Notes: a model not told the origin generated them from the letters alone. A stretch of 55,871 nt of DNA from Clostridia bacterium (GCA_017414645.1 JAFQLL010000051.1:1-55871), one strand, 5' to 3'. Positions 1 to 8,730 are shown, counted from the first letter of the stretch. Program-made: numbers and translations.

Positions 1-50
1 AAATCAAATTTATTTTTTGCCTTATAGGAAATACGCAATTTCCTATAAGG
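1..50. repeat. Family A structured repeat, copy A1 (3' part only, cut by window edge), in tandem with A2
   Basis: 1-50 matches 171-220 except one base; contains hairpin ccttataggaaat-acgca-atttcctataagg. Confidence 0.9.
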
Positions 51-220
51 GAACAAAGTGTATCCGACACTCCTTGGCAACAACTCAAGCTAAGGCAGAC
101 AGAAGAGAAAACACTTTGTAATGCCATATGCGTTTTCCGAGCCATGCGAGGAAATTCTCGCACGGCAATAAAATCAAATTTATTTTTTACCTTATAGGAA
201 ATACGCAATTTCCTATAAGG
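51..220. repeat. Family A structured repeat (~170 bp), copy A2
   Basis: Aligns end to end with 25537-25706 and 55704-55871; several internal hairpins. Confidence 0.92.
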
Positions 221-221
221 T

Positions 222-248
222 AAAAAGCTCCCTTTCGGGGAGCTTTTT
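222..248. terminator. Intrinsic terminator-like hairpin
   Basis: aaaaagctccc-tttcg-gggagcttttt with A/T tails on both sides. Confidence 0.7.
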
Positions 249-262
249 TAGTTCATGCTGTA

Positions 263-305
263 TTGACTTTTTACCCTTTCAGGTGTATACTGATACTTAG
301 TTTCA
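263..305 (+). promoter_or_regulatory. sigma-A promoter with an overlapping Fur-family (Zur) box
   Basis: TTGACT(263-268)-17 bp-TATACT(286-291); 7-1-7 inverted repeat TGATACT-T-AGTTTCA at 291-305. Confidence 0.65.
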
Positions 306-328
306 ATTTCAAAAAAGGAGGCAAAAAA

Positions 329-733
329 ATGCCTGTACATCATAACACAAAGCAAAAGGCTTTAATTACCGAGGTTTTAGAAAATAACCGCAATCACGTT
401 ACCGCCGAGGACGTAATCACACTACTTCATCAGCAGGGCGAAAAGGTAGGCAGAGCAACCGTTTACCGCTACCTTCGTGAGCTTGAAGAGGCAGGCAAGG
501 TAAGAAAATACACCTTAGGCGAAAAGAATACCGCCTACTATCAGTACACAGGCGAAGATGATAACTGTCACGGTCATTATCATTTAATGTGCGACGTATG
601 CGGCAAGCTGGAGCACCTTGACCATTCTGTTGCAGAAAGCTTTGCAAAAAGCGCCCGTGAAAGCTACGGCTTTGTAATTGACTGCTCCAGAACAGTTTTT
701 TACGGCAAGTGCAAAAATTGCGCAGGACTGTGA
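329..733 (+). CDS. zur: Fur-family transcriptional repressor, probably Zur
   Basis: HxTAE..ATVYRYL helix, HxHLMCxxCG and C-terminal CxxC; AAGGAGG RBS before ATG 329; first gene of a metal ABC operon. Confidence 0.8.
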   Translation: MPVHHNTKQKALITEVLENNRNHVTAEDVITLLHQQGEKVGRATVYRYLRELEEAGKVRKYTLGEKNTAYYQYTGEDDNCHGHYHLMCDVCGKLEHLDHSVAESFAKSARESYGFVIDCSRTVFYGKCKNCAGL

Positions 734-741
734 GGTGCACC

Positions 742-1647
742 ATGAAAAAAATACTTTCTTTATTACTTATACTTATGCTTCTGCCCCTCTCGGGCTGCAG
801 TACGGAAAATGCTTCAGATGGCAAAATCCACATAACAGCAACGCTTTTTCCCCAGTATGACTTTGCCCGTCAGATAGGCGGCGACAAGGTTGATGTAACC
901 CTTTTACTTCCCGCAGGTCAGGAAAGCCATCTTTACGACCCATCCCCTGCTGACATGGCAAAAATTTCAAAAAGCGATTTATTTATTTACACAGGCGACA
1001 TGATGGAGGGCTGGGCAGGCGACATTGCTTCCTCTGTTGGGGGGAATGTAAAGGTGCTGGACGTTTCCGATAACATTGAGCTGTTCTCTCACGACGAAGA
1101 AGAGCATGACCACGCTCATTCACTCGACCCTCACATCTGGCTGGACTTTGACAACGCGAAAAAAATGTGCGCTAATATTGCAGCGGAGCTTATATTGCTC
1201 TCCCCGGAAAACGAAGAGTATTTTACTCAAAACCTTTTAAGCTATACAAATTCTCTTACAGAATTGGACGAGGAATATTCTGCGCTTTTTTCCAAGGGTC
1301 AGAATAAGGACTTAATTTTCGGCGGCAGATTTGCTGTGGGTTATCTCACAAGAAGATACAACATACAGTATAAATCCGCTTACGACTCCTGCAGTGCAAA
1401 TTCTGAACCCAGCGTACAGGACGTGGCAGCACTTTCCGACTATGTAAAAGAAAATGATATAAAGGTTGTTTTCTGCGAAGAGTTTTCCGACCCGAAAATT
1501 GCCCGCGAAATTGCAGCTTCTAATAATGCAGAGGTATTGGTGCTGCACTCTTGTCATAACACAAGCCAGGCTGAGCGTGAGAATGGTGAAACCTTTATTT
1601 CAATTATGACACAAAACTTATCAAACATCCGAAAGGGGCTTATGTAA
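742..1647 (+). CDS. znuA: Zn/Mn ABC transporter substrate-binding lipoprotein (ZnuA/AdcA family)
   Basis: Lipobox LSGC; ESHLYDPSP, His-rich loop and DPHIWLD motifs; start moved to ATG 742 after GAGGTG. Confidence 0.88.
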   Translation: MKKILSLLLILMLLPLSGCSTENASDGKIHITATLFPQYDFARQIGGDKVDVTLLLPAGQESHLYDPSPADMAKISKSDLFIYTGDMMEGWAGDIASSVGGNVKVLDVSDNIELFSHDEEEHDHAHSLDPHIWLDFDNAKKMCANIAAELILLSPENEEYFTQNLLSYTNSLTELDEEYSALFSKGQNKDLIFGGRFAVGYLTRRYNIQYKSAYDSCSANSEPSVQDVAALSDYVKENDIKVVFCEEFSDPKIAREIAASNNAEVLVLHSCHNTSQAERENGETFISIMTQNLSNIRKGLM

Positions 1648-2324
1648 TGGAAATATTAACAGCCTCCTGCGTTACAATAAACTACGGCAATGTAACCGCA
1701 GTTGACAATGCCTCCTTCACAGTTAACGAGGGCGACTACTTCTGTATTGCAGGTGCAAACGGAAGCGGCAAATCCACTCTTTTGAAGGGTATTGTAGGGC
1801 TTGCACCCATAAAAAACGGACATTTGCACATTCACTTTCCCAAAGAGCAGATTTCGTATCTCTCCCAGTCCAACAAAGCCGACAGAGATTTCCCCGCAAC
1901 AGTATGGGAAATTATTCTTTCAGGCACCCAGAAATCGGGCAAAACTTTACCCTTCTATTCCAAGGAAGACAAGCTGCGTGCAGAGGAATCCATGGTTAAA
2001 TTAGGCATGGAAAAATTTCGCAACACCCGCATAGGAAATCTTTCGGGCGGTCAGCAGCAAAGAGCGCTTCTTGCAAGAGCCTTGTGTAAAAAGCCACGCC
2101 TCATGCTTCTTGACGAGCCCTTTGCAGGGCTTGACAGTGCAATAAGCGAGGAGCTTTACAGCCTTTATCGTGAGCTTAACGACCAGGGCGTTACAATTGT
2201 AATGGCATCCCACGATTATCAGGCAATAGGGAAATATGCCTCCCGCGTTATGCTCATGAACAATTCCCATGTTGATTTTGTGGGTTCAATTGAAGAATGG
2301 AGGGCTAACTTATGGCAGAATTAA
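1647..2324 (+). CDS. znuC: Metal ABC transporter ATP-binding protein
   Basis: Walker A GANGSGKS, LSGGQ signature, LLDEP Walker B. Confidence 0.88.
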   Translation: MEILTASCVTINYGNVTAVDNASFTVNEGDYFCIAGANGSGKSTLLKGIVGLAPIKNGHLHIHFPKEQISYLSQSNKADRDFPATVWEIILSGTQKSGKTLPFYSKEDKLRAEESMVKLGMEKFRNTRIGNLSGGQQQRALLARALCKKPRLMLLDEPFAGLDSAISEELYSLYRELNDQGVTIVMASHDYQAIGKYASRVMLMNNSHVDFVGSIEEWRANLWQN

Positions 2325-3130
2325 TTAACCTTTTGTCCTACCCATTCATGCTTCGAGCTTTAGTAACAGGCACCGCAATTTCCTTTTGCGCGGCACTTTT
2401 AGGTGTTATTCTGGTTTTAAAGCGCTATTCTATGATAGGCCACGGCTTGGCAGACGTTGCCTTCTGTGCGGTGAGCTTAGCTGTTGCCTTGGGCTTAAGC
2501 CCTGCTCAGCACATTTTTGTTACACTGCCCGTTGTAGTGGCAGCCTCATTTGTTATCATGAGCTTAACCAGAAAAGGCGGCAAGGGTGACGTTGCCATCG
2601 GCATGGTGTCAACAGGTGCACTTAGCTTAGGTATTATAATAACAAGCCTTTCCAAGGGCTTTAATGTAGACGTTTATAATTACATGTTCGGCTCAATTCT
2701 TGCGTCCTCAGAGCATGACATGTATTTAAGCCTTGTGCTGGTTACGGTTGTGCTTATAATGTTTGTGGTTTTCTACAACCGCCTTTTCCTTATAACCTAC
2801 GACGAAAGCTTTTCCGAGGCAAGCGGTATTAACGTAAATTTTTATCAGTTTCTTATATCGTTTTTAACAGCCCTTACAATTGTAATAGGCATGAGAATAA
2901 TGGGCACACTTTTAATTTCCAGTTTAATTATTTTCCCTGCAGTTACAAGCCGAAGGCTGGTAAAGAGCTTCCGCTCACTTGTAGTGCTGTCAGCCGCTGT
3001 TTCAGTGGTGTGCTTCCTTTGCGGACTTTTCACATCTTACTTTCTTGACCTGCCCACAGGAGCATCAATTGTAGGTGCAAATATTATTGTATGTGTTATA
3101 GTTACCCTTTGCACATTAAGAAAGGAATAA
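2312..3130 (+). CDS. znuB: Metal ABC transporter permease (ABC-3)
   Basis: Multi-TM protein with YMFGSIL and GTLLISSL motifs; operon context. Confidence 0.88.
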   Translation: MAELINLLSYPFMLRALVTGTAISFCAALLGVILVLKRYSMIGHGLADVAFCAVSLAVALGLSPAQHIFVTLPVVVAASFVIMSLTRKGGKGDVAIGMVSTGALSLGIIITSLSKGFNVDVYNYMFGSILASSEHDMYLSLVLVTVVLIMFVVFYNRLFLITYDESFSEASGINVNFYQFLISFLTALTIVIGMRIMGTLLISSLIIFPAVTSRRLVKSFRSLVVLSAAVSVVCFLCGLFTSYFLDLPTGASIVGANIIVCVIVTLCTLRKE

Positions 3131-3134
3131 AATT

Positions 3135-3752
3135 ATGGATATAAACGAACTTAAACGCAAGGTGCATTCTACCGAGCTTTACTTTGAAAGCAGCGAGTTT
3201 TTAGGTGAGCAGAGAGAATGTCTGGAGCTTTTATACGATTTTAACAATACACGTCCCTCAGAGATGGCAAAAAGGCAGGAGCTTTTAAAGAAAATGTTTG
3301 CGGAGCTTGGCGAGGGCTGTTACATAGAGCCTCCGCTTCGTTCCAACTGGGGTGGCAAGCACATTCATTTCGGGAACCATGTTTATGCAAACTTTAATCT
3401 TACAGCAGTTGACGACACGCATATCTACGTTGGCGACAACACAATGATTGGGCCTAATGTAACAATTGCCACTGCAGGACATCCCATATATGTTCCCCTC
3501 CGCGAAAAGGGCTGTCAGTTCAATGCAAGTGTAAAAATAGGCAAATGCTGCTGGATAGGTGCAGGAAGCATAATTCTGCCCGGCGTTACTATAGGTGATA
3601 ACACAGTTATAGGCGCAGGAAGCATTGTAACACGCGACATTCCCGAAAACACTGTTGCCTTCGGCAACCCTTGCCGTGTAATGCGCCCCATAGGTGAAAG
3701 AGACAGAGAGTATTATTTTAAAGATTTAAAAATTCCGGAGGAACTGAAGTAA
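3135..3752 (+). CDS. Sugar O-acetyltransferase (LacA/Maa hexapeptide family)
   Basis: Mac N-domain plus hexapeptide repeats, IGPNVTIATAGHP, FGNPCRV. Confidence 0.88.
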   Translation: MDINELKRKVHSTELYFESSEFLGEQRECLELLYDFNNTRPSEMAKRQELLKKMFAELGEGCYIEPPLRSNWGGKHIHFGNHVYANFNLTAVDDTHIYVGDNTMIGPNVTIATAGHPIYVPLREKGCQFNASVKIGKCCWIGAGSIILPGVTIGDNTVIGAGSIVTRDIPENTVAFGNPCRVMRPIGERDREYYFKDLKIPEELK

Positions 3753-4923
3753 GTTAAATTATAATCACACCCTTTATGCCTGCTTTTTAGGCTACATAAC
3801 CCAGGCAGTTGTAAATAACTTTGCTCCGCTTCTGTTTGTTATTTTCCACCAGCAGTTAAACATTCCCCTTCCGCAGATAACCCTTCTTGTTACAATTAAC
3901 TTTCTTGTTCAGCTTTTTGTTGACTTTATATCGCCCTTTTTTGTTGACCGCATAGGCTATAAAAGGAGCATAATAATTGCTCATGTGTTCTCGGCAGCAG
4001 GGCTTGTAATGCTGGGCGTGCTCCCCACCCTCAGCGAAAATGCCTTTCCCATGCTGCTTTCTGCAGTAGTTGTTTATGCTGTAGGCGGCGGCATTATTGA
4101 GGTTCTGATAAGCCCCATTGCCGAGGCTTGCCCTACGGATAACAAATCTGCAGTAATGAGCCTGCTTCACTCCTTCTATTGCTGGGGCACTATGGGTGTT
4201 GTAATTATTTCAACACTTTTCCTTGCAGTATTCGGAAAGGGAAGCTGGCACACATTAGCCTGTATATGGGCGCTTCTTCCCACCTTTAACGCAGTTTTCT
4301 TTTCATTTGTACCCGTTAACCCCCTTACAGAGGAAAACAGCGCAATGAGCCTTAAAGAGCTTTTTACAAATAAGACATTTATCATATTCATTTTCCTCAT
4401 GGTAAGTGCAGGCGCAAGTGAACAGGCAATGAGCCAGTGGGCATCCTACTTTGTTGAAAGTGCTTTAGGGGTTCCTAAGGCTATAGGCGACATAACGGGT
4501 GTGTGCCTGTTTTCGTTAATGATGGGCATTGCCCGTGTTGGGCACTCTCGCTTTGGCGACAAGCTTAAGCTGCGAACTTGTCTTATTGCAAGCGGCTCTT
4601 TAAGCATAGCTTCGTACATTATAGCAGCCCTCAGCCCATACAGTGTGCTTTCACTTGTTGGCTGTGCCCTCTGCGGCTTAGCGGCAGGCATTCTCTGGCC
4701 GGGGGTATTTTCCATGGCGGCAGAGCATTTTCCCAAGGGTGGCACATTAATGTTTGCCTACCTTGCTTTAGCTGGTGATTTAGGCTGCAGCTCAGGGCCC
4801 ACGCTTACAGGCTTTGTTTCCTCAGCGTTTGCCGACAACTTGAACATAGGTCTTCTTGCTGCAACTATATTCCCCTTAATTTTAATAATTTCAGCATTAT
4901 CATTAAAAAAGAGCCAATCTTAA
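3748..4923 (+). CDS. MFS transporter; frame open from 3748 but no canonical start before GTG 3985 (possible start-loss pseudogene)
   Basis: In-frame upstream KLNYNHTLYACFLGYITQAVVNNFAPLL...FVDRIGYKR (MFS motif A); about 12 TM segments over the full frame. Confidence 0.75.
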   Translation, partial: SKLNYNHTLYACFLGYITQAVVNNFAPLLFVIFHQQLNIPLPQITLLVTINFLVQLFVDFISPFFVDRIGYKRSIIIAHVFSAAGLVMLGVLPTLSENAFPMLLSAVVVYAVGGGIIEVLISPIAEACPTDNKSAVMSLLHSFYCWGTMGVVIISTLFLAVFGKGSWHTLACIWALLPTFNAVFFSFVPVNPLTEENSAMSLKELFTNKTFIIFIFLMVSAGASEQAMSQWASYFVESALGVPKAIGDITGVCLFSLMMGIARVGHSRFGDKLKLRTCLIASGSLSIASYIIAALSPYSVLSLVGCALCGLAAGILWPGVFSMAAEHFPKGGTLMFAYLALAGDLGCSSGPTLTGFVSSAFADNLNIGLLAATIFPLILIISALSLKKSQS

Positions 4924-4994
4924 CAGATTGGCTCTTTTCCTTAACTCTTCACTATTCATTATTCACTCACAGCTTTAATTTATTAAAGCTGTGA
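4906..4994. repeat. Family E module, copy E1: terminator hairpin, TTTCCTTAA, four degenerate heptamers, 13-bp inverted repeat over the degV stop
   Basis: aaaagagccaatct-taac-agattggctctttt; actcttc/actattc/attattc/actcac (4944-4970); tcacagctttaat-tt-attaaagctgtga. Confidence 0.6.
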
Positions 4995-5867
4995 ACGGTC
5001 GTCGCCCATAAAGAACAAAGCCAATGTGCCCTGACCTGTATGAGCGGCAATAATTGTACCTATGTCAAAAATTTTAACATCAACGTTTTTGAACTTTTCT
5101 TCAACCATTGCTTTAACGGTGTTTGCATCGTCAATGCAGTCAGCATGGCAGATAAAGCACTTGCCCGAATAATCGTAGCCGTTCTGTGCATGCTCTTCCA
5201 TAACCTTAACTGTTTCAGCCATTGCCTTTTTCTTGCTTCTTACCTTGCCGTAAGCATGAATGCTGCCCTCTGCGTTAAGACGCATGATGGGGCAAATGCC
5301 CAGAACTGTACCAAGCATTGCAGCAGGACCGGAAACACGGCCGCCGCGCTTAAGGTGGAAAAGGTCTGTAGCATAAATCTGATGATGAACATTGAGGCGG
5401 TTTTCAAGCACCCATGCTTCAATTTCTTCCATGGTGCTGCCATTGTCACGCATGTCTGCAGCATAGTCAACAAGCATTCCGTAGCCTGAAGCACTGGCAA
5501 GTGTATCCACAACAATGAGCTTTCTGTCAGGATATTTTTCCTTAAGCTCGTTTGCAGCGTTCATGGCATTTACAACAGATGCGGACATACCTCTGCCGAA
5601 TGCAAGGTGCAACACGTCGCCCTTTTGTAAAAGCTCTTCAAAATATTCAAGATAGGTGTAGTGGTTAATCTGTGATGTAGAGGGCATTTTGCCTTCCTTA
5701 AGCATACGATGGAATGCCGGCAGCGCTTCAGGGTCTCTGCACATATCGTCAACATAAACCTCGCCATCTACTGTATAAGTATAGAACACAACTGTAATAT
5801 CTCTTCCCGATACGTAGGAATAAGGCATATCAACTGTGGATTCGCAGGATAACTGGAACTTACTCAT
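4983..5867 (-). CDS. DegV family fatty-acid-binding protein
   Basis: PSTSQ, VVDTL, LKRGGRVS, IGTIIAAHTGQG motifs. Confidence 0.92.
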   Translation of the reverse strand: MSKFQLSCESTVDMPYSYVSGRDITVVFYTYTVDGEVYVDDMCRDPEALPAFHRMLKEGKMPSTSQINHYTYLEYFEELLQKGDVLHLAFGRGMSASVVNAMNAANELKEKYPDRKLIVVDTLASASGYGMLVDYAADMRDNGSTMEEIEAWVLENRLNVHHQIYATDLFHLKRGGRVSGPAAMLGTVLGICPIMRLNAEGSIHAYGKVRSKKKAMAETVKVMEEHAQNGYDYSGKCFICHADCIDDANTVKAMVEEKFKNVDVKIFDIGTIIAAHTGQGTLALFFMGDDRSQL

Positions 5868-5939
5868 AACATTTCACCTCATAAATTTCTTATTGAACTA
5901 ATTCTATCACTTTTAGCTGTGTTATTCAACAAACACATT

Positions 5940-5970
5940 AAAACGGAGTGTTGCTTTTGCAACACTCCGT
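5940..5970. terminator. Intrinsic terminator
   Basis: acggagtgttgc-tttt-gcaacactccgt just after the 5976 stop. Confidence 0.7.
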
Positions 5971-5975
5971 CTATT

Positions 5976-8156
5976 TTACCATCTGCGTCCGCCGAAATTG
6001 CCACCGTTCCCTATATTGGTTACAGTACTGTTTTGTTCAATTGTATGAACGCTTTCACCGATTGTAACCGTATAGGTTTCGCCAATAGTCAACTTGTCAG
6101 ACGAAAATACAATGCTGTTACCTGTTTTTATTGTGGTGTAGCTGTAAATTACTTCGCCTGCAGCATTCTTTATTACAATGTTACTGCCTGATGCAATGTT
6201 TTCAGGCACAATAAGTCTGAATGAGGGCTGCAGAGAATCATTATCCGGTGTTTCTGCCATACCCGATGCACCAAGAGCAATAATTGTACCGCCATTAACC
6301 CTTATAACACCACCGGAGTCAAGTGCACCGTTACCACTATTTGTGGGGCCTTCAACAATTATATTGCCGCCTTCAATAATCATTCTGCCGTTAGCATCCA
6401 GCCCGTCGCCTGAGGCATTTACAAAAATATTACCACCTGTAATAACAAGATCGTGACCTGTAGCAGCCTCCTTGTCCTGACGGTTAACCGCATCTCTGCC
6501 GCCTGTACCGCCTGCGTTTATGCCATCGTCGCTGCCCTTTATGTTTATTTCGCCGCCGTTAATGGTAAGGTTTGCTTTGCTCTCAAGCCCCTCGGTTGCC
6601 TTGAGCACGTCAATCTTTCCGCCGTCGATAACAACATCGCCATGGGCAGAAATGCCCTTACCCTTTTCAGATGAAAGGCTCAATTCGCCACCTGTTATAT
6701 TAAGTGTGCCTGCACAATGTATTGCATGGTCGGCAGAATTTACAACTATGTTGCCGCCTGTGATTGTAACATCTGTTTCGCCCTTGATGCCCTTTGTTGC
6801 CGTAGCTTCATCCTCAGCTGTTTCGGGCTGTGTTACATTGCCATCAATGGGCATCATTTCATCAGGATTGCCAAAGCCCTCGGGAGGCATCATATTACCT
6901 TCGGGGCGTGTCATACCTTCGGGCGGCATCATATCGCCCTCGGGGCGTGTCATACCTTCGGGCGGCATCATATCGCCCTCGGGGCGTGTCATACCTTCGG
7001 GCGGCATCATATCGCCCTCGGAAGGCACCATGCCCTGCCACTCTCTGTTACCGCGGTTTTTCCAATTGCCTCGCTCTCCACCCGGGAATGGCTGTCCACC
7101 GGGGAAGCTATTAAAGGAATCGGCAACCTCGCCTGTGGTTGTCACGTTTATGTTGCCGCCTTCAATCACAACATCCTCTTCGGCCTGAATGCCGTCGCCC
7201 TTTGCAGTAACCGTTATGTCGCCACCAAGTATTTTTACGGTATTGTTTGCATGGATGCCATCCTTTTTATCGGCATTTAAAACAAGTGTACCCTCTTCAA
7301 TTTTAATATCGTCGTCACTTGCAAGAGCATGGTGTGCCTTACTTGTAACGTAAAGAGTACCTTCACCCTTTATTTCAATATCGTCGTTGGAGAATATTGC
7401 CGCCTTAGCATCAACTGCGTATTTTTCGCCGTCTGTAATGTAGTTTTCTGTGCCCTTTGAAATTGTAATAAAGGACTTGTTTGTGTTTTCAAAGAAAATA
7501 ACGGGGTTTGAGGGATTAGACAGCTTTACCCCTTCAAGACGAAGCTTAACCTTGTATTTTGTGTTAACATGAATCATTACGTTGTCATTTTCGCCTGTAA
7601 CGGTAAAGTCGCCGCCCTCGGTTATGTATACAACATTGTCGGAAATTTCAACACCCTGCCCCGTAGCTGTCATACCGGTTACATTTATTGTGCCGGTGTT
7701 TTCCTTCCATTTATCTTTATTTGCTTCGTATTCGGCGGTTGTAATTTCAACGGTGTTTTTGTCACCTTTCCATTCAACCGTAGCATCTACACTTTCGCTC
7801 ACGGCTCTTACAGGCACCATTGTACTGCCGTTTTCAATGAAGGGCGCAACATTCAGCTCAACCTTTTCGCCATTGAGCTCCATTTCCTTTTCACCGATAA
7901 CAAGCTTTACAACCTTATCGCCTTTTGTTGCGGTAACACTTTTTTCGTCGTTATTCCATTCAACGCTCATGCCGAGAGCTTCAAAAATGGCTCTCATGGG
8001 CACCATTGTGCTGCCGTTTTCAATGCGGGCAGGTGTGGTGCAGTTAAGCTTTTCCTCGTCAATTTTTACAGTAACCTCCTGGGCATGTGAATATAAGCCG
8101 AGGCTGCCAAGAAGCATTACAGCCAATACAATGCATATTATCTTTTTAAATTTCAT
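5976..8156 (-). CDS. Secreted protein: copper-amine-oxidase-like N-terminal (stalk) domain plus Cthe_2159-type beta-helix carbohydrate-binding domain
   Basis: Signal peptide; TMVPMRAIFEALG/TMVPVRAVSE stalk motifs; repeated I.GG.I.I...DDGI beta-helix pattern; GNGALDS. Confidence 0.8.
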   Translation of the reverse strand: MKFKKIICIVLAVMLLGSLGLYSHAQEVTVKIDEEKLNCTTPARIENGSTMVPMRAIFEALGMSVEWNNDEKSVTATKGDKVVKLVIGEKEMELNGEKVELNVAPFIENGSTMVPVRAVSESVDATVEWKGDKNTVEITTAEYEANKDKWKENTGTINVTGMTATGQGVEISDNVVYITEGGDFTVTGENDNVMIHVNTKYKVKLRLEGVKLSNPSNPVIFFENTNKSFITISKGTENYITDGEKYAVDAKAAIFSNDDIEIKGEGTLYVTSKAHHALASDDDIKIEEGTLVLNADKKDGIHANNTVKILGGDITVTAKGDGIQAEEDVVIEGGNINVTTTGEVADSFNSFPGGQPFPGGERGNWKNRGNREWQGMVPSEGDMMPPEGMTRPEGDMMPPEGMTRPEGDMMPPEGMTRPEGNMMPPEGFGNPDEMMPIDGNVTQPETAEDEATATKGIKGETDVTITGGNIVVNSADHAIHCAGTLNITGGELSLSSEKGKGISAHGDVVIDGGKIDVLKATEGLESKANLTINGGEINIKGSDDGINAGGTGGRDAVNRQDKEAATGHDLVITGGNIFVNASGDGLDANGRMIIEGGNIIVEGPTNSGNGALDSGGVIRVNGGTIIALGASGMAETPDNDSLQPSFRLIVPENIASGSNIVIKNAAGEVIYSYTTIKTGNSIVFSSDKLTIGETYTVTIGESVHTIEQNSTVTNIGNGGNFGGRRW
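6877..7020. repeat. 39-bp coding tandem repeat (PEGDMMPPEGMTR)
   Basis: Three identical units at 6901-6939, 6940-6978, 6979-7017 plus a degenerate partial unit. Confidence 0.95.
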
Positions 8157-8226
8157 ACTACCGCCTCCTTGGCTTAATAATATCCTTCAAGTATAGAGCT
8201 TTCGCCAAAGATTAATGAACAATTTG

Positions 8227-8694
8227 TTAATTTAGGAGTGCTATTGCGCGTGTTTCAATGCCTTCTTCACGGCCCGTAAAGCCCATTTTTTCGTTGGTTT
8301 TTGCCTTTACGTTTATTTGCGATGAGTCTATTTTCAAAACAGACGCCATCTTCTCTGCCATAAGAAGCTTATAGGGTGCCATTTTTGGCTTTTGTGCAAT
8401 GATAATTGTGTCGATATTAACAATTTCAAAGCCCTTTTCCCTTACTCTTCTGCCCGCCTCTTCCAGAAGCAGTAAAGACGAAATGTCTTTATACTGCATG
8501 TCGGTGTCGGGGAAAAGTGTTCCTATGTCGCCAAGACCTGCCGCTCCTAAAATTGCATCTATCACAGCATGAACCAGTGCATCTGCATCTGAATGGCCTA
8601 AAAGCCCCTTGTCGTGTTCAATTTCTATTCCGCCTAAAATAAGCTTTCTGCCTTCAACAAGGCGATGTGTGTCGCAGCCTATACCAATTCTCAT
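8227..8694 (-). CDS. ispF: 2-C-methyl-D-erythritol 2,4-cyclodiphosphate synthase
   Basis: [38 protein letters not shown]. Confidence 0.95.
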   Translation of the reverse strand: MRIGIGCDTHRLVEGRKLILGGIEIEHDKGLLGHSDADALVHAVIDAILGAAGLGDIGTLFPDTDMQYKDISSLLLLEEAGRRVREKGFEIVNIDTIIIAQKPKMAPYKLLMAEKMASVLKIDSSQINVKAKTNEKMGFTGREEGIETRAIALLN

Positions 8695-8730
8695 ATTAAT
8701 CCCCTTCCGATGCCTTTGGGCACCCATGTT

